The translations under genes were made by a program, and so were the position numbers. A stretch of 64,000 nt of DNA, taken from Antedon mediterranea. Its lineage: Eukaryota > Animalia > Echinodermata. Position 1 is the stretch's first letter. Every line of letters begins with the position of its first letter. The stretch spans positions 22,912,912 to 22,976,911 of the forward strand of contig NC_092675.1 in assembly GCF_964355755.1 (NCBI RefSeq), in the 5' to 3' direction. Below are positions 38,701 through 50,895 of the stretch, piece by piece. The notes beneath the pieces were generated by a model. The model did not search any database, was not told the origin of the DNA, and worked only from the letters and a program-made list of their open reading frames with translations.

Positions 38701-39151
38701 TAAAGCGCCTTTGAGCATGATTACTCATGAAAAGGGCGCTATATAAATGTGGTATTATTATTATTATTATAATTATATTCATGTATTATTGTCGGTATTT
38801 TAAGGAATGGATGAAGGTTCTATAAAGTGGGATGATGAAGATGACAATAACAAGAACAGTTATGATGGTTCCGTCCCAGCTGGTACATACGGCAGTAACA
38901 CAGAAATCAAATATTGCTGCCAAGAAGATGGTTTTTCCGAAAACGCTATCTACCTACCAATTGACCATCCATTCTATCTTTTCCCACTTACTAAACAATG
39001 CCAAGAGGTTATGGGAATGTCTGTAACAAAGGAATTCATCAGATGGGATGACGAAGATGATGATAATTCCAATAACGAATCTGCACCTTACCCATATTCT
39101 GCAGGAGGGTCTAATCACCGCATCTATTACTGCTACTACGAACAAGAATAA
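32051..39151 (+). CDS. Apextrin-like secreted protein, MACPF + ApeC domains, ~572 aa, 7 coding exons
   Basis: Exons 32051-32423, 33606-33653, 34212-34429, 35090-35179, 35413-35755, 36246-36545, 38805-39151 (1719 nt). Signal peptide, RIKKR, GIGYNLLYGNP..DPGLR and MACPF-type FFDDFGTHVVIDVHLG. ApeC motifs WPLGTYG..GCP, HDSEDDDN, WPSGKYCV, two WDDEDD and IYYCYY. Confidence 0.9.
32435..33435 (+). mobile_element. 5'-truncated CR1/L2-group LINE (C-terminal part of the RT ORF), interrupted by a SINE
   Basis: FKTHID...KISK...LFKIRHYL...IYKSLMQPLISYCNIIW...LQKKAIRAI...HKYNTRG...GPHVWNNL...SINVFKK, ending in a (AAATG)n-type tail near 33415-33435. Confidence 0.85.
32745..32965 (-). mobile_element. tRNA-derived SINE with poly(A) tail, nested in the LINE
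   Basis: On the - strand: GGAGCTGTGGCTTGGTGG (A box), GGGTTCAAGTCC (B box), AATAAA and ~30 A. The LINE reading NYQIGI / FMFRILN resumes across it. Confidence 0.8.
34510..34757. mobile_element. Degenerate MITE with CTTTGTAAT/ATTACAAAG subrepeats
   Basis: Several CTTTGTAAT on the left, inverted ATTACAAAGTG on the right, ending in TGTAACA. Confidence 0.45.
35905..36165 (+). mobile_element. SINE fragment with L2-like 3' tail
   Basis: GC-richer island ending GCGCCTTGACCACTCTTGAGTGGTATGTGCGCTATAAAA plus a (TTA)-rich tail. Confidence 0.5.
36752..37573. mobile_element. Ginger-like non-autonomous element (TGT...ACA, 4-bp TSD) with TTGCGCAA arrays
   Basis: TIR TGTTATGCGCGATTTGAACGATTTGCGCAATTT and its reverse complement. 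CAGA is duplicated at 36748-36751 and 37574-37577. Confidence 0.85.
37642..37988. mobile_element. Harbinger-like MITE
   Basis: AGGCCAATTAACACAGACG at the left, CGTCTGTGTAAATT..AAATTGGCCT at the right, TTA flanks. Confidence 0.6.
38175..38466. mobile_element. Degenerate copy of the Kolobok-like MITE at 57447-57792
   Basis: Shares CATAATAGTTATC.ACTTTGACCAAAA, TATTTACCT, CAAATTGGCT and CAAAGTCTGATTT..TAATCTTCATTT with that element. Confidence 0.6.
38493..38770 (+). mobile_element. tRNA-derived SINE with L2-like tail
   Basis: GGGCGTGTGGCGCAGTG A-box-like head, core TGCCTCTCTCCACCCAGGTGTATAAATGGGTACC, and tail TGTAAAGCGCCTTTGAGC...GCGCTATATAAAT-(TTA)n. Confidence 0.8.
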
Positions 39152-39956
39152 ATAATTGATCTGATTTATATAAAACAGAAATTTTCTTACTAATACTAAA
39201 ACCTTCATTTTATGTTATTAAAAAAAATAGTTCATGTCAAACGCAAAATAAACTATAGATTAGGCTTACATAATTAATTATACAATGCATTATTTTGTAT
39301 AATCTATAAGTAATACAATGTTATAGTAATGATCATTCATATTTCTTGCTTTTTCATATAAATAATCTTACCTTTAATGTATAAGTAATATTAATTAGAA
39401 TTAATTACAAGAATTACCACATAAAATTCAAATTTAGTCTTAGGCCTAATTACTGTTTTTGCTAAATATTTTTTTTTCATTTTACTTTCTAATGTTCTAA
39501 ATCATGTTTTACTCATTTGACATGTTAATAAATACACCATAATAACTTATGTTTTATAGGTCAATATCGCACTTGTTCGAATGTGTCCAGCTTGTAAATA
39601 TATAGAGAACAAACAAACTCAATTCCGATAAGTAATGAATAATTCTGCCTCGCTTACCTACAACAACTATAGGCCTATTAGTCTTCCGTAATGCATTCAC
39701 ATTTCCACACATTTCCATTGATAATACACACCATTGTATCTCAACGAGTCGGTCATCAGATTATTAAATAAGAAAAACTGATAAGTGGTTCCCTTTTTGT
39801 TTTATTCATGTTATCTAATCCATGGGTGCAAAGAGTCAGCCTCAAACTAAAATAGTTTATTATTCTTTGGTGTGCAAACAAACTAATTTACGAAAATTAT
39901 TATATAAAGTCAGCTCTCCCAATATACCGCACCCTGAAAACCAAAACTCTCCCTTA

Positions 39957-40135
39957 AGCTTGGTTCCCACTAGAACGTAACGCAAAGACGTAAACGCAAC
40001 GCAAGCGTTTTAACCAATGACAAGCAAAGTTATAGACAGTTAGCAATCACAAGCGAATAAGCCATCGCTTGTGATTGGTCAATTCACTTGCGTTGCGTTA
40101 CGTCCTTCTGTTGCGTCGCTAGTGGGAACCACGCT
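39957..40135. mobile_element. Harbinger-like MITE
   Basis: TIR AGCTTGGTTCCCACTAG / CTAGTGGGAACCACGCT with TTA/TAA flanks and internal (AACGC)n / (GCGTT)n mirror repeats. Confidence 0.8.
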
Positions 40136-40259
40136 TAAAGAGCCACATTTAAAATGCTAGAATTTCTGAAAAAAAAACCAGACTTGTTAAGCTAGCTCAA
40201 ACTGTTACTTTTCTTGTAACCGCCGCCATTGACGAATACATGGTATCCGTTAGCTTTCA

Positions 40260-40984
40260 TTACTGGTGATGTTTACTCGAGATCCAATAGTCTGGTATTG
40301 GCAGAGTTGACTGTAAAAGTAATTATTATTTTCTTAAGGAGACATATGAAATTTGAAACATACTGATGAATAATTTGAAATTCAATGAAAGGTAAAAAGA
40401 TATTTAATATCTTTATGTGTGTTATTGACAATTTATTAAATAGAATGATTCTTGTATCTCAACTATACACATTCCTTAAAAACTACGGGAAAACAATTCA
40501 ATCAACAAGCAACATGGCAAAATTAATTGCAAAGGCATATTTATAATAAAAGAAAAACAAAGTGTACATGATGTATCGCAATCACTTTGTCGAAGATACT
40601 TATACGCATTTTCCTTTCAAAAATAGGCTATAGGCCTAGAAGCAAACTATGACTTCTGTTTTTCGTTTAACCAATCCCGAATCAATTACATGAAAAACTC
40701 TTAACTATATCACTAGTTAGATTCAAGTTTTATATTGTATAATTATGCAACAAAGAAAAAGTAAATATAATAATAATTTTTGAGACCATACCTGCTTTAC
40801 CAATGTTTTGTTGCAAATAATAATTTAGTATTTAGTTACTAGTGCAAACACAAGTAAAGTCAAATATAATACAAAAAAAGTAAATACGAAAATAAATATA
40901 AATTCTAATTACGTCTTTCAGAGGCACAGCATTAAGGCGAACGTAAATCGACAACAGAATCAAACAGAAAGAAATCTTCGACAT
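40260..40984 (-). CDS. Candidate 40-aa secreted micropeptide, 2 coding exons
   Basis: Exons 40984-40913 and 40310-40260 give MSKISFCLILLSIYVRLNAVPLKDSTLPIPDYWISSKHHQ*. CAACATG start context, canonical splice sites and a TAA TGA double stop. Confidence 0.3.
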
Positions 40985-41210
40985 GTTGACCGGTGTGCCT
41001 TCTAATTGACCTTTTAAGTATTTCTAAAATGTTCGATAAACAAATAATGTGCTGTTAATATTATTATCAAGGATACATAAAATAATTAAGTTTTTAAACA
41101 AAAAGATTATTAAGAACAAAAAACAATTGCAAAAAAGAACAGAAGATATCATAAGTACTATACTTTCCTCTTTAACAAGTAGTTCGGTGAAAACCAAGTT
41201 GAACAAACAC

Positions 41211-42560
41211 ACCGAATCGATATGTAGACAAACACTCTGGATGAATGACAATATTAAAGTCGGCGGAGAAAGTATCTATTATAAAAACTGGAGTAATCAT
41301 GGGGTGAATTTTATAAATGATTTAGTTGATAGACATGGAATAACTCCATTAAAACAACTTAGTAAACGTCATAATCTTAACATCAACTTTCTTCAATATG
41401 AAGGCCTAATACATGCGGTCAGACAACATACGTCTTTATATCAAATTTCTCCAAAAGGAAAAATAAATAGCCCACTACTACCTTTTAACCTTAGCGTAGT
41501 AATAAAAAATAAAAAAGGATCAAAGCTAATTTATAATACTCTAATCAACTCTAGAAAAAAACAATCGAAAGCTAAAATTAAGTGGGAGAAGGCATTGGAT
41601 ACTTTATATGTTGATAAAGAGTGGGAAATTATTAATACCATGTTTTTCTCACTTACTATGTCCACACCACTAATCTGGTTTCAATATAAAATTGTGCATA
41701 GAATTTTAGGTAATAACTCCTTTTTGTATACTAAATTGGGAAAATTGACTCACCTTTATGTGCTTTATGTAAAGCAGAAACAGAAACCTTAATACATATT
41801 TTTGCACAATGCTGTGAAATTAAAATATTTTGGAGAAAGATTAAACAATGGTTGAAATCATATTTTAATATAAATGTAATTATCAACCCCGAATTATGCC
41901 TTTTTGGAGTTAGAAAAAAACCATTTAAAGCCCTAAATACTATTTTACTAATTTGTCGACACTACATATATAGCTGTAAAATGAGAAAAATTAAGCCCAA
42001 TATTGCTCGATTCGTGAATGAGATTAAGTTACACGTTAAACAAGAAGAATTTATTTTGAAAACTAAAGGGGAGCATCATACTTACTTAAACAAATGGAGT
42101 CCTTTCTTGGAAAAACATGAACTTATTGACTGGTAACTTTGCATTAAAAAAAAAAGGACTTAGTACTGTTTTTTATAATATGTTTTTTAATCCTGAATTA
42201 TTTATACACTTTTATGATCTGTTTATTTAGTAAGTTATAACTATTTATTTGAATAAGAAAGTTTTATGTTTAATTAAATTATTTAGTTGAAATATGTTAT
42301 AAAAGAAAAAATTGACAACAAATTATTTATAGACTTTGTTTTTAAGAAAAAAGAAAAAGTAGATTTATATTTATTACATCATGAAATTATTTATAGTTTG
42401 TTCTTAAGAGAAATGTATATTATATATTATTATTATTTAAAAAGTGTTATTATTTATATTGTGTATTACTATTAATAAGAAAGTGTTATTATTTTAAGCT
42501 ATTTTTTAAATTTAAATATGAAAGTGTTCAATAAAAAAAAGAAAAAAAAAAAAAGAAAAA
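41211..42560 (+). mobile_element. 5'-truncated L1/Tx1-type LINE (ORF2 C-terminus with CCHC zinc-finger region, frameshifted), poly(A) tail and 15-bp TSD
   Basis: LWMNDNIKVGG..YKNW..G..FINDL, KW, FQYKIVHRIL, then in another frame SPLCALCKAETETLIHIFAQC..FW. AATAAA plus A-tail at 42530-42560. AAGTTGAACAAACAC at 41196-41210 and 42561-42575. Confidence 0.92.
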
Positions 42561-44034
42561 AAGTTGAACAAACACGTCACCATAGCATCAAAAATGATTT
42601 CTGTCTTTTTTTGGACGAACATTAAATACCACAACCTGACACGTGATTTTAAACATTATTAGACATCTTGTCAACGGCTGTTGGGTGTATAATTGAAATA
42701 AAATAAATAGATAAAAATATATGCTGCTTGAATCTTATTGATTGAATTCATTTTAAGTGCTTCCTCCTATTAAAATTTAAATTTACGAAATGTATTCACG
42801 AAATATATTATTTTTCCGACGATCTATGCATAACTAACTATAACTAATTACATTCATTGCAGCTGCTCCAAGGCAGCACTTTCCTTTTTAACTTACATTC
42901 ATATATAAAGAGTATTATTTGTTAGGTATTATTGTTATACTGTTTTTAAATAAGAACTTTGCAATTTATCAAATAGTATTATATTCATTTGTTACCACCA
43001 TGATTCTCCTACATTGAATCGCCTTCGTAAACTAAACAGTAATGAAATAATTATTATAACTAAACCATACATAATCCACATAGTTCTAAAGCAGTACTTC
43101 GATTTTGTTAATGATTGTCTGCGAAGTATTTTACAGGCGAATAAATCCTTTCTTTTCACTTTTGGTCAAAACTCGATATTTTGTTCAAAGATGCTTGCAT
43201 CCTGGTAAATTCAACGCTTCTATCAGAAGTGTTGATAATCGCACAGAGATAAAATGAGTAAAGTGAACAATAACACTGTACTGTAGGTTCTACATTTCCA
43301 TCGTCAACCAAAATTTAAATTTCTAGTAAATTATTTTACAGTATTTACCTTTAAATATCACGTAGAAGCCACATAATTATAATCAGAGCTATGATTCTTC
43401 TCCAGCTGAATAGGCTTACTGTAATATTACACATTAATAGCAAGATAAGATATTCAGAACCATACATTAATAATCTTCAATAAAGAATGTCCTATTTTTT
43501 GGTGCTGGTGTTAGGGCCCAAAACTATTAATGCAATTTCCGGGATTTTGATTTACACCATCATAATCATATTTCAACAGTATGTGCACCTGTTTACATAT
43601 TTGCACATTTACATAATCTCCTACGAATGTTATCTTATATTTATACATTGATGTAAATAAAAACAGCTGTGAAATAGCTTTTATCAATAAAACAAATAAA
43701 CATTTTGTAATATAGATTTATTAGACATTTTCATTTACGTTATACATAATTTTTCATAAAAAATATAAACAATGACAATTATTGAAACAAAAACAATTAA
43801 TGTACTGAAAGATATGACATTTCTAAAATCACTGTTCTTAGATATAGAACGAGATGTGATTGTTATAATCTAAAATAAAGTAAAAATAACATTTATTTCT
43901 ATACGGTTCATGTACACTAGAGTAAAACAAAACAATCAAATTCTACATTTTTTATACACAAATTATAATATTATTAGGAAAAATGATGAATAAAAAATGA
44001 TGCATCAAAGCACGAAATTAAATTTGAATCTCAC

Positions 44035-44225
44035 AAGTCTGTAGTCTAGATTTCCAGGTCTGTATTCTGGAGTTTTCATGTCTCCAGTCTGGATTACCCA
44101 GTCCTCTAGTCTGGATTGTTTAGGTCTCCAGTCTTGCGTTCCGAGCTCTCCAGTCTGGAGTTCCAATCGTCTGGAGTTCCAAGGTCTCCAGTCTGGACTT
44201 CCCAGGTCTCCAGTCTGGACTTGCC
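44035..44225. repeat. ~21-bp minisatellite (~9 units) downstream of the SPG21 stop codon
   Basis: Repeated GGTCTCCAGTCTGGA(C/G)TTCCCA-like units. Confidence 0.85.
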
Positions 44226-44899
44226 ATGCACTATTCAGTTAAAATTTAATATCTCCTCCATCCAAATTGTTATGTAGAAGAGGAATCTTTTTTTTCTAAT
44301 AAAGTAGGGATCATGTCAAAATTATTCTGTTGCAGTGCAGTAACTACATGTACATTCTTTTCAGAATTTTTTCCAGAATAGTAAATTCTAGGACATACAC
44401 CAACCTGGATTAGTGATGAGCAAAATATATATGTATTTTTGTTTCTGGAAAACTAAGCAGAAACAATGAATAAAGCATGGGAATAACTATTTTCCATGTT
44501 AAATAAGTAGAAGCTATTGGATTTATTTCCTTAATATAATTGAACATAGCCCTCTAATTAATCTCTCTCAACTAGTTAAAAAAAGACGTCTATGGGTTTT
44601 GAACTAGACATGTTGGAACGATTATTTCCTGGCGGTTTTTTTAAATACACATTTTTTTTTTATTTACACTATCATTATTTTTATGATTATAATATAAAGT
44701 TTATAAAATAAATAATAATAATCCACCTCTTGCTGAAAAAAACTCAAAAAATATATATATATATATATATCAAATTACAATATACAATATATCAAAAGTT
44801 TAATTTTAATATGTTACAATAAAAAAGCATATATTTCTTGGTATAGTGTGTACACAAGGCCTCTGTTTTCTGTTGGAGAGTGGAATGGCATCACTGCAT

Positions 44900-47800
44900 C
44901 TATGTAGCACTACTTGCACTGGCTCTATAACTTGTTCCATCATCTTCAATGATGGTTGGGTCCCGTGCACTATACTTGGTGTTTAGAAAAACTCTCAAAT
45001 GAATCTGAGCAATTAGAAGAAGTTTATTTCTTATTGGTCAATAAAATATAGAAATGTATAGTTTGTGGTTTGTACATGTTTTCACAATTTCAGAATAAAT
45101 ACTCTAATTTCATTCAAACTAAACAATGTATTAACAATGCTTTTTTGTACCTGTATGTGAAGATTAACCTCATCACTTCTGCTAAGGTATGGGAAGTTTC
45201 CACCTGACTTTAGATGAGCTCTTTTTGCATCTGGGTAACATTTGTACATTTCTTCTCGGACATTCTGGGAAATGGCACAGTTGTCGAACACCTATATAAA
45301 CAACATTTGAGGCTAGTTCCAAACAGTTGACAATAACTGGGACTTCATATATACAATATTTATAAAACTTTCTACATTGATTGGGCTTAATAAAAATGAA
45401 ACACTAATAATATACTCTTCACAGATTGTAACAATATATAGGTAGTCATTTTTAGCAAAAATAGTGTTGCTTCTTGATTTGAGTAAGTACATTATTACAT
45501 TATGCAGGTAACTTCCAGTTAAATCAGTATTTTTTGTCTATCATATTCAGGTAAATTTTATTGGCAGAGTACTATGAAAAAGCCACAACTCCATCTATGG
45601 ATTCCTATCTGAAAGGGTCACATATTACATTACATAAAGTACAATTAGAATAGACATGATGGAAAAGCTTGTGTGAAAGGAGATTATAAAAATGTTTAAT
45701 ACTGTACTTACATCAATCAATGTTACATAAAGATCTTTTAGTTTTTGTGGTTCAACATATGAACTTGCACAGTTAATGGTAAGCCGAGATGCTAGTTCTG
45801 ACTGGCCAAGGCTGTCCAGCTAAAATGAAATAAATGCAAGTCAGAAACTATTTGCAGAGCAACATCTGGGACAAGAGCTTCATTGGCTATTTAGAAGTCC
45901 TGGACATTTTGACAAAATAATACAGAAATAAAGAAAGATTACATTTTTATGGTACAGTTTAAAAATATTATCTGAATATTTTCAAAATACATTATAGGAA
46001 TTCACTTTAGATATTTAGAATGTTATCAGTAAACATTTCAGTTAGAGCTGATATTGAAAACGCTTTTTCGTTTTTAGAAAAGTCCGATTTTCATAAATCA
46101 ATTTAAACCTTCAGCAAATCTGTTATCATGGTACAAGATGATTGGATAGTTGAATTAATATGTAACATTTGTAAAGTTTGATAAAATCTTACTCTCTCAA
46201 CCATAAAGTCAATGGAGTTCACAATGTCAGCATCGGGTAAAGTGGTCGAAGAAAAATTACCCATCACCATCTTTTTCAGAAGAAAGCCTGGAAGCACCCA
46301 GTATCTGTGTTTAACAAGAATAAAAAGATGCGTTATGTTGTGAACAATATATATATTATCGTATTAAATAAATTAAAAAATGTTTCCAAAAACATTTGCA
46401 TTCTTAATGTAGGTGTATTGCCAAGGATAGCCATACATTCACTGTCCTTCACAAATTTGGCAACCCTGTTAACAGGACAAATAGTAGTGGGTGGTCTAAA
46501 AATCTTTGATTTGTGAATATGGTTTACACTTGCATTTATAGGATTAAAATTGCATTTGTAGATTTAGAATTGCATAGGTAGCTTGAGAACATTTTAACGT
46601 TTTAATGTTTTAATATTTAAAAATAGAATAAATATTAATTGATCTATGTATAATTTACAAATTTAGAAATTTTAAGAAAATGAAAAGTTCTATTTCAAAA
46701 TGTGATAAGACATTGTCTGGCTAGAGTCGAACAACTGATCTCTTGGTGACATAGAGGGCAACTTACGTTGTAGCTGACTGTGATTGCTGAAAACAGTCTG
46801 TGTCGACAAACGAATTACAAAGAATAATAGAGTGAACACGTGGACTTCTGTATGTGTATTCTGCAAACTTTTGAGCTAAAAAGCCTCCAAGAGATGCTCC
46901 AAAAATATGAATCTGTAGAAAATATAAAATTAACACCAATTGAGATAAAGCTAAGGTGGTGGGTGACCTGCTGTTCAGGTATATTGATCAGGTTCAGGCC
47001 CAATTTGTTAAACATTAGGCTTTTTAAAAAAAGGCATTTTTATTTTATGCTTGAATATTTGTATTCGAGAACAACACAAATCAGATGTTCGTCTAACTTT
47101 TACTCACTGGCCAGACTAGTACATTGAGAAGATGTGCAGAAAATGTTCAAGTAATTCTGAAGAGGACACAAACCCACAACCTCAAGATCACAAGTCTGGT
47201 GTTCATACATCTAATCCTGCAAGACTGTAGGCCTACTGGTGGCTACGTGTTAGATCTGAGCACAAGGATGCAGCACTACTAATACTAGCTTTGCATCATA
47301 AGTCCCCAGTCAATAATTTTAATCAATTTTTTAATTATCAGTACAAGTATGCCAGAATTGGGAAAACACATGATCAATAACTTATTTTTGGAAATAGGCT
47401 ATAAATGCAAAAAAATATGTGAAAAAAAAAAAAAAAATTCAGACAATAAAATTTAATTAAATTAAATTTAAAGAAAACATTTATTTCTTAATTTAAATTT
47501 GACATTTGTAAATATTTCCAGAATGTTTTTTTTTTCAGTAATTCTTCAGGACCATCACTGAATTGAATTTCCATAACCTGTACAGGACCAGTTTGTTGTT
47601 GTTTTTTTTAACATACAGTACCTTATCTAATCTCATGTGATCAAGTAATTTTCTAAAACTTTCACAGAAATCATCCAACGACCACAATACAGGATATTCC
47701 ATCTAAAAACAAAAATCACATTATTGTACAATTATATTCTAGCTCAAATATAATCCAACTTGATTAAGACACAATGGTTAATAAGTAGTATAGTACCATA

Positions 47801-49610
47801 ATCTGATTTGAACGGTTCTAGATGTGACCAGATTAAAGACAGCAGGGAAAAATTTCATTTTAATATTTTGTTTAGCAATATTGTTAATCAAACTGATTTT
47901 TTAGTTGAGAAATATAGTTTTGTTTTGTATTTTTTACTACACAATTGTAGAAATGTGTAGCAATAAGGTTGTTTTGTATAGCTTTTTGCTATGCTACACT
48001 GGTGAAATTATTCCCTGATCTACAATTAGTTGAAAAGTATTAATTTCTGTTAGTCTTTATCTCATAAATTCATATTTAACTGGTCATTATTAATTGATAA
48101 ATATGTATTAATTTAAAAGTAATTTAATAAATATGAGAACATCTTTTAAATAACAATTATGCATACACAAATTAGTATTACACCAAAATAAATATGTTTT
48201 ACAGTTTTTTATTATAATTTTCTATGCCTTATTAAATTAAATTCATATTTGTTCTTATTTTTCTAATTTGACAGCAATTTCAAACAAGCATCTTATAATA
48301 TATAAAATGTCCTACAAAAGTTTTTTTTGTTATATAAATTATAAGGAAACAGTATTTTAATCATACAAATGGCAATTAATTAGTATCATTTCCTGCTTTT
48401 ATTTTCAATGGTGTACACATAATTTTAATGTCATGATGCATACATTAATTTGCCACATAAAACAGTATACAATTTAATAATTTTGAATTTCTTGAAATGT
48501 TCATTGAAATACTGTATTGTACTGAATCAAAAACTGTAAGTGGAAGACTATGGTTAATAAATTTAAAAAAAACATGAACTAAAATTTGCAGTAAAGATTA
48601 GGTGCTTCCTACTGTTTTTAACACTAAAGATTTGCTTATTTATGCAAAGCAAAAATTAAAAAGAGATAGTATATATAAAAGTATAATAATTTAGAGGAAA
48701 TATATAATTAACAAAACTCACAGCTATGACACGATAACCTTTTGCTGTTAATCCAAGAATCTGTTTAAAAAATATGTCAGCCGTTCCACTTGCTGGTGGA
48801 AAACAAACAAGGGGACATCGAACAGAACGTGGCCCAGCGTCATATAAGGTCCATTCTTTATTTGATCCATCATCTACCTGAACCTGATGAAATAATATAT
48901 TTTAAAAAATGAATTGAATTGAGTTTTCTGTTGAGGTACATCCCCTAATCCCTGTTTTTAAGTCTGGTAGACAAAGGGCTTACAGTGGTTAGTACAATAT
49001 GACATCAATTTGCAATGACTGTCAGTTGTTCTTCATATCTGATGGAGGTTTTTGATTTATTTGATTTGATTTATTCAATATCAGCTCATTACAATTGCAA
49101 CAGAATACATAAAAATATATAATGAAACAAAAAGCCAGGATTGTCACAAGCGAACCCAATCACTGTTTAAAGACTTTCCTTTAACATAAATAAAATATAA
49201 TATAAAATATAAAATAAATGACGATAAAAAATTAAATAATAAAAATCTAAGACATAATGTAAAAAAATACAGCAGGGACCAGGTAAAATCAAAATAAATA
49301 GTGTTGGCGAAGACTAGTCTCGAATTCTCGAAACCTGCCAAGGAGAGCAAGCTCACTTAATTCAGAGGGAAGACCATTCCAAAGTTTACAGAATCTAGGA
49401 AAGAGTGAAGATTTTTTTTTTTTTGGTTGTGTCACCATGTACAACCCAATGGGTTTGGAACAGCCATTCGCTAATTGAGGCAACCAAAATGTTTAGCTCT
49501 TATAAGCTCTTTAAGGTCAAAATGCAATGTGTTCATATTACCTTATGCTGTGATACTGAAGCCCTAAAGCTCTGGTACTCTTGAGATTTTGCAATTTCAG
49601 ATGTTGGCAT
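44900..49610 (-). CDS. SPG21: Maspardin (alpha/beta-hydrolase fold), 307 aa, 8 coding exons
   Basis: Exons 49610-49542, 48883-48722, 47702-47622, 46912-46767, 46304-46193, 45819-45712, 45291-45151, 45004-44900 (924 nt). Motifs [41 protein letters not shown] and [20 protein letters not shown]. Confidence 0.96.
49053..49480 (-). mobile_element. 3' fragment of a CR1/L2-group LINE in an SPG21 intron
   Basis: [17 protein letters not shown] is a typical ORF2 end; AATAAA plus a (TCAAA)n tail at ~49053-49075. Confidence 0.65.
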
Positions 49611-50895
49611 TTTCTTATTGTCAATTTATTGCCTTACACAATTACTACCAATGACTCGCTAATTACCTGCAAAAAAAAATGCGTAAAATATACAGCATTT
49701 ACAAACAATGTAACCTGGCAAGTAAAATAAGCTATATAATTTTCCAGATGTTTAAATCGCATAGCAGCCTACCAAGATTTTTTAGGGTTAGGTTTCAACC
49801 ACAGATTAGCGTTCTATGATAATGTGACCTGAATGTACTCTCTAAACATAATCTAGCCTAATTTCAATCAGTGTCAGTAGTAGCTGAGAATTTGCAGCTA
49901 CAGCTCTAGTCTAGACCTACTACTACTATTAACTGTGTAGGTCTAGGCTAGTAGCCTAAAAAGCATTACTTACTAATTTCTAAAGGCCATTTCTAGCTTA
50001 GTTATTTTCAATTCTAGCCAACCTGCCAGCTATAGTCTAAGATTCCATAAGATTCTGGCCCTTTCCAACCAGCCAGGGCCTCCTTCTTCCTAGGCTAGCT
50101 TACCTATAGTTATCATAGGCTAGCCGCTACACTAGCCTAGGCGGCAGCCTACTGACCGCAGCCCAGGCACCAGGCCTAGCCTAACTTGGCTAGCTAGGCC
50201 TAGCCTAGCTAAAGATAGTTAGCGGCTTATATTAATGCCTTCGGATACTTAATTTGTTTAATTAAAGATGTTCAATATTATACCATAATCTAGAAAATGT
50301 TGTTCTTAGATGGTTAAACGCTAGCTAAAATTGAACACGGAAATTTCAATCTTGTGACTGGAGAAATATCTCCTCGCGGAACTCTAGTACAGTAGCTGCA
50401 TGAGATTATTGTGCTGCTGTTGTTTTGCAGAAATTTCCACTCTCAAGTCTCGAAACGCGTCGTTTGTCTATAAAAACGCGTTTCAAAACGTGTGGATAGC
50501 GCTTTGTGATGAAATCTGACTTGGTCTCTAAATACAGTACCATTGAAACCCCTAATGTGTTACTATAAATAGGGCTATTATAGTATTAACACATTTGGGA
50601 CCCAACAAATTGTCCCCTTATTAGCCCCATATTCCCGTGTTCAGCGATCACACCTGAGGATCGAGTGTGTGGAATATTTTCAAGGGTTATTGGAGATGGC
50701 CACTTCAATGAAAAGATAAATGCAATTATATTTACAGTAAAGTATTTTTTATTTTCTATCATTCATGATAATTAGCATTATATAATTGGTACACAACAGA
50801 CTTGCAGGCTTTTAGGTATTGATCATTGTTTGTAACTATCTATTTTTCTGTCAAACCATCATCCTTTGTTCTTTCATCTTCAACACAGAATTCTC

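Noticed and set aside
41049-42136. 247-aa and 94-aa ORFs as host genes
   Set aside because: They are L1/Tx1 ORF2 remnants, bounded by a TSD and poly(A).
44035-44225. CRISPR-like regular repeats
   Set aside because: Head-to-tail minisatellite without unique spacers, in a eukaryotic context with no cas genes.
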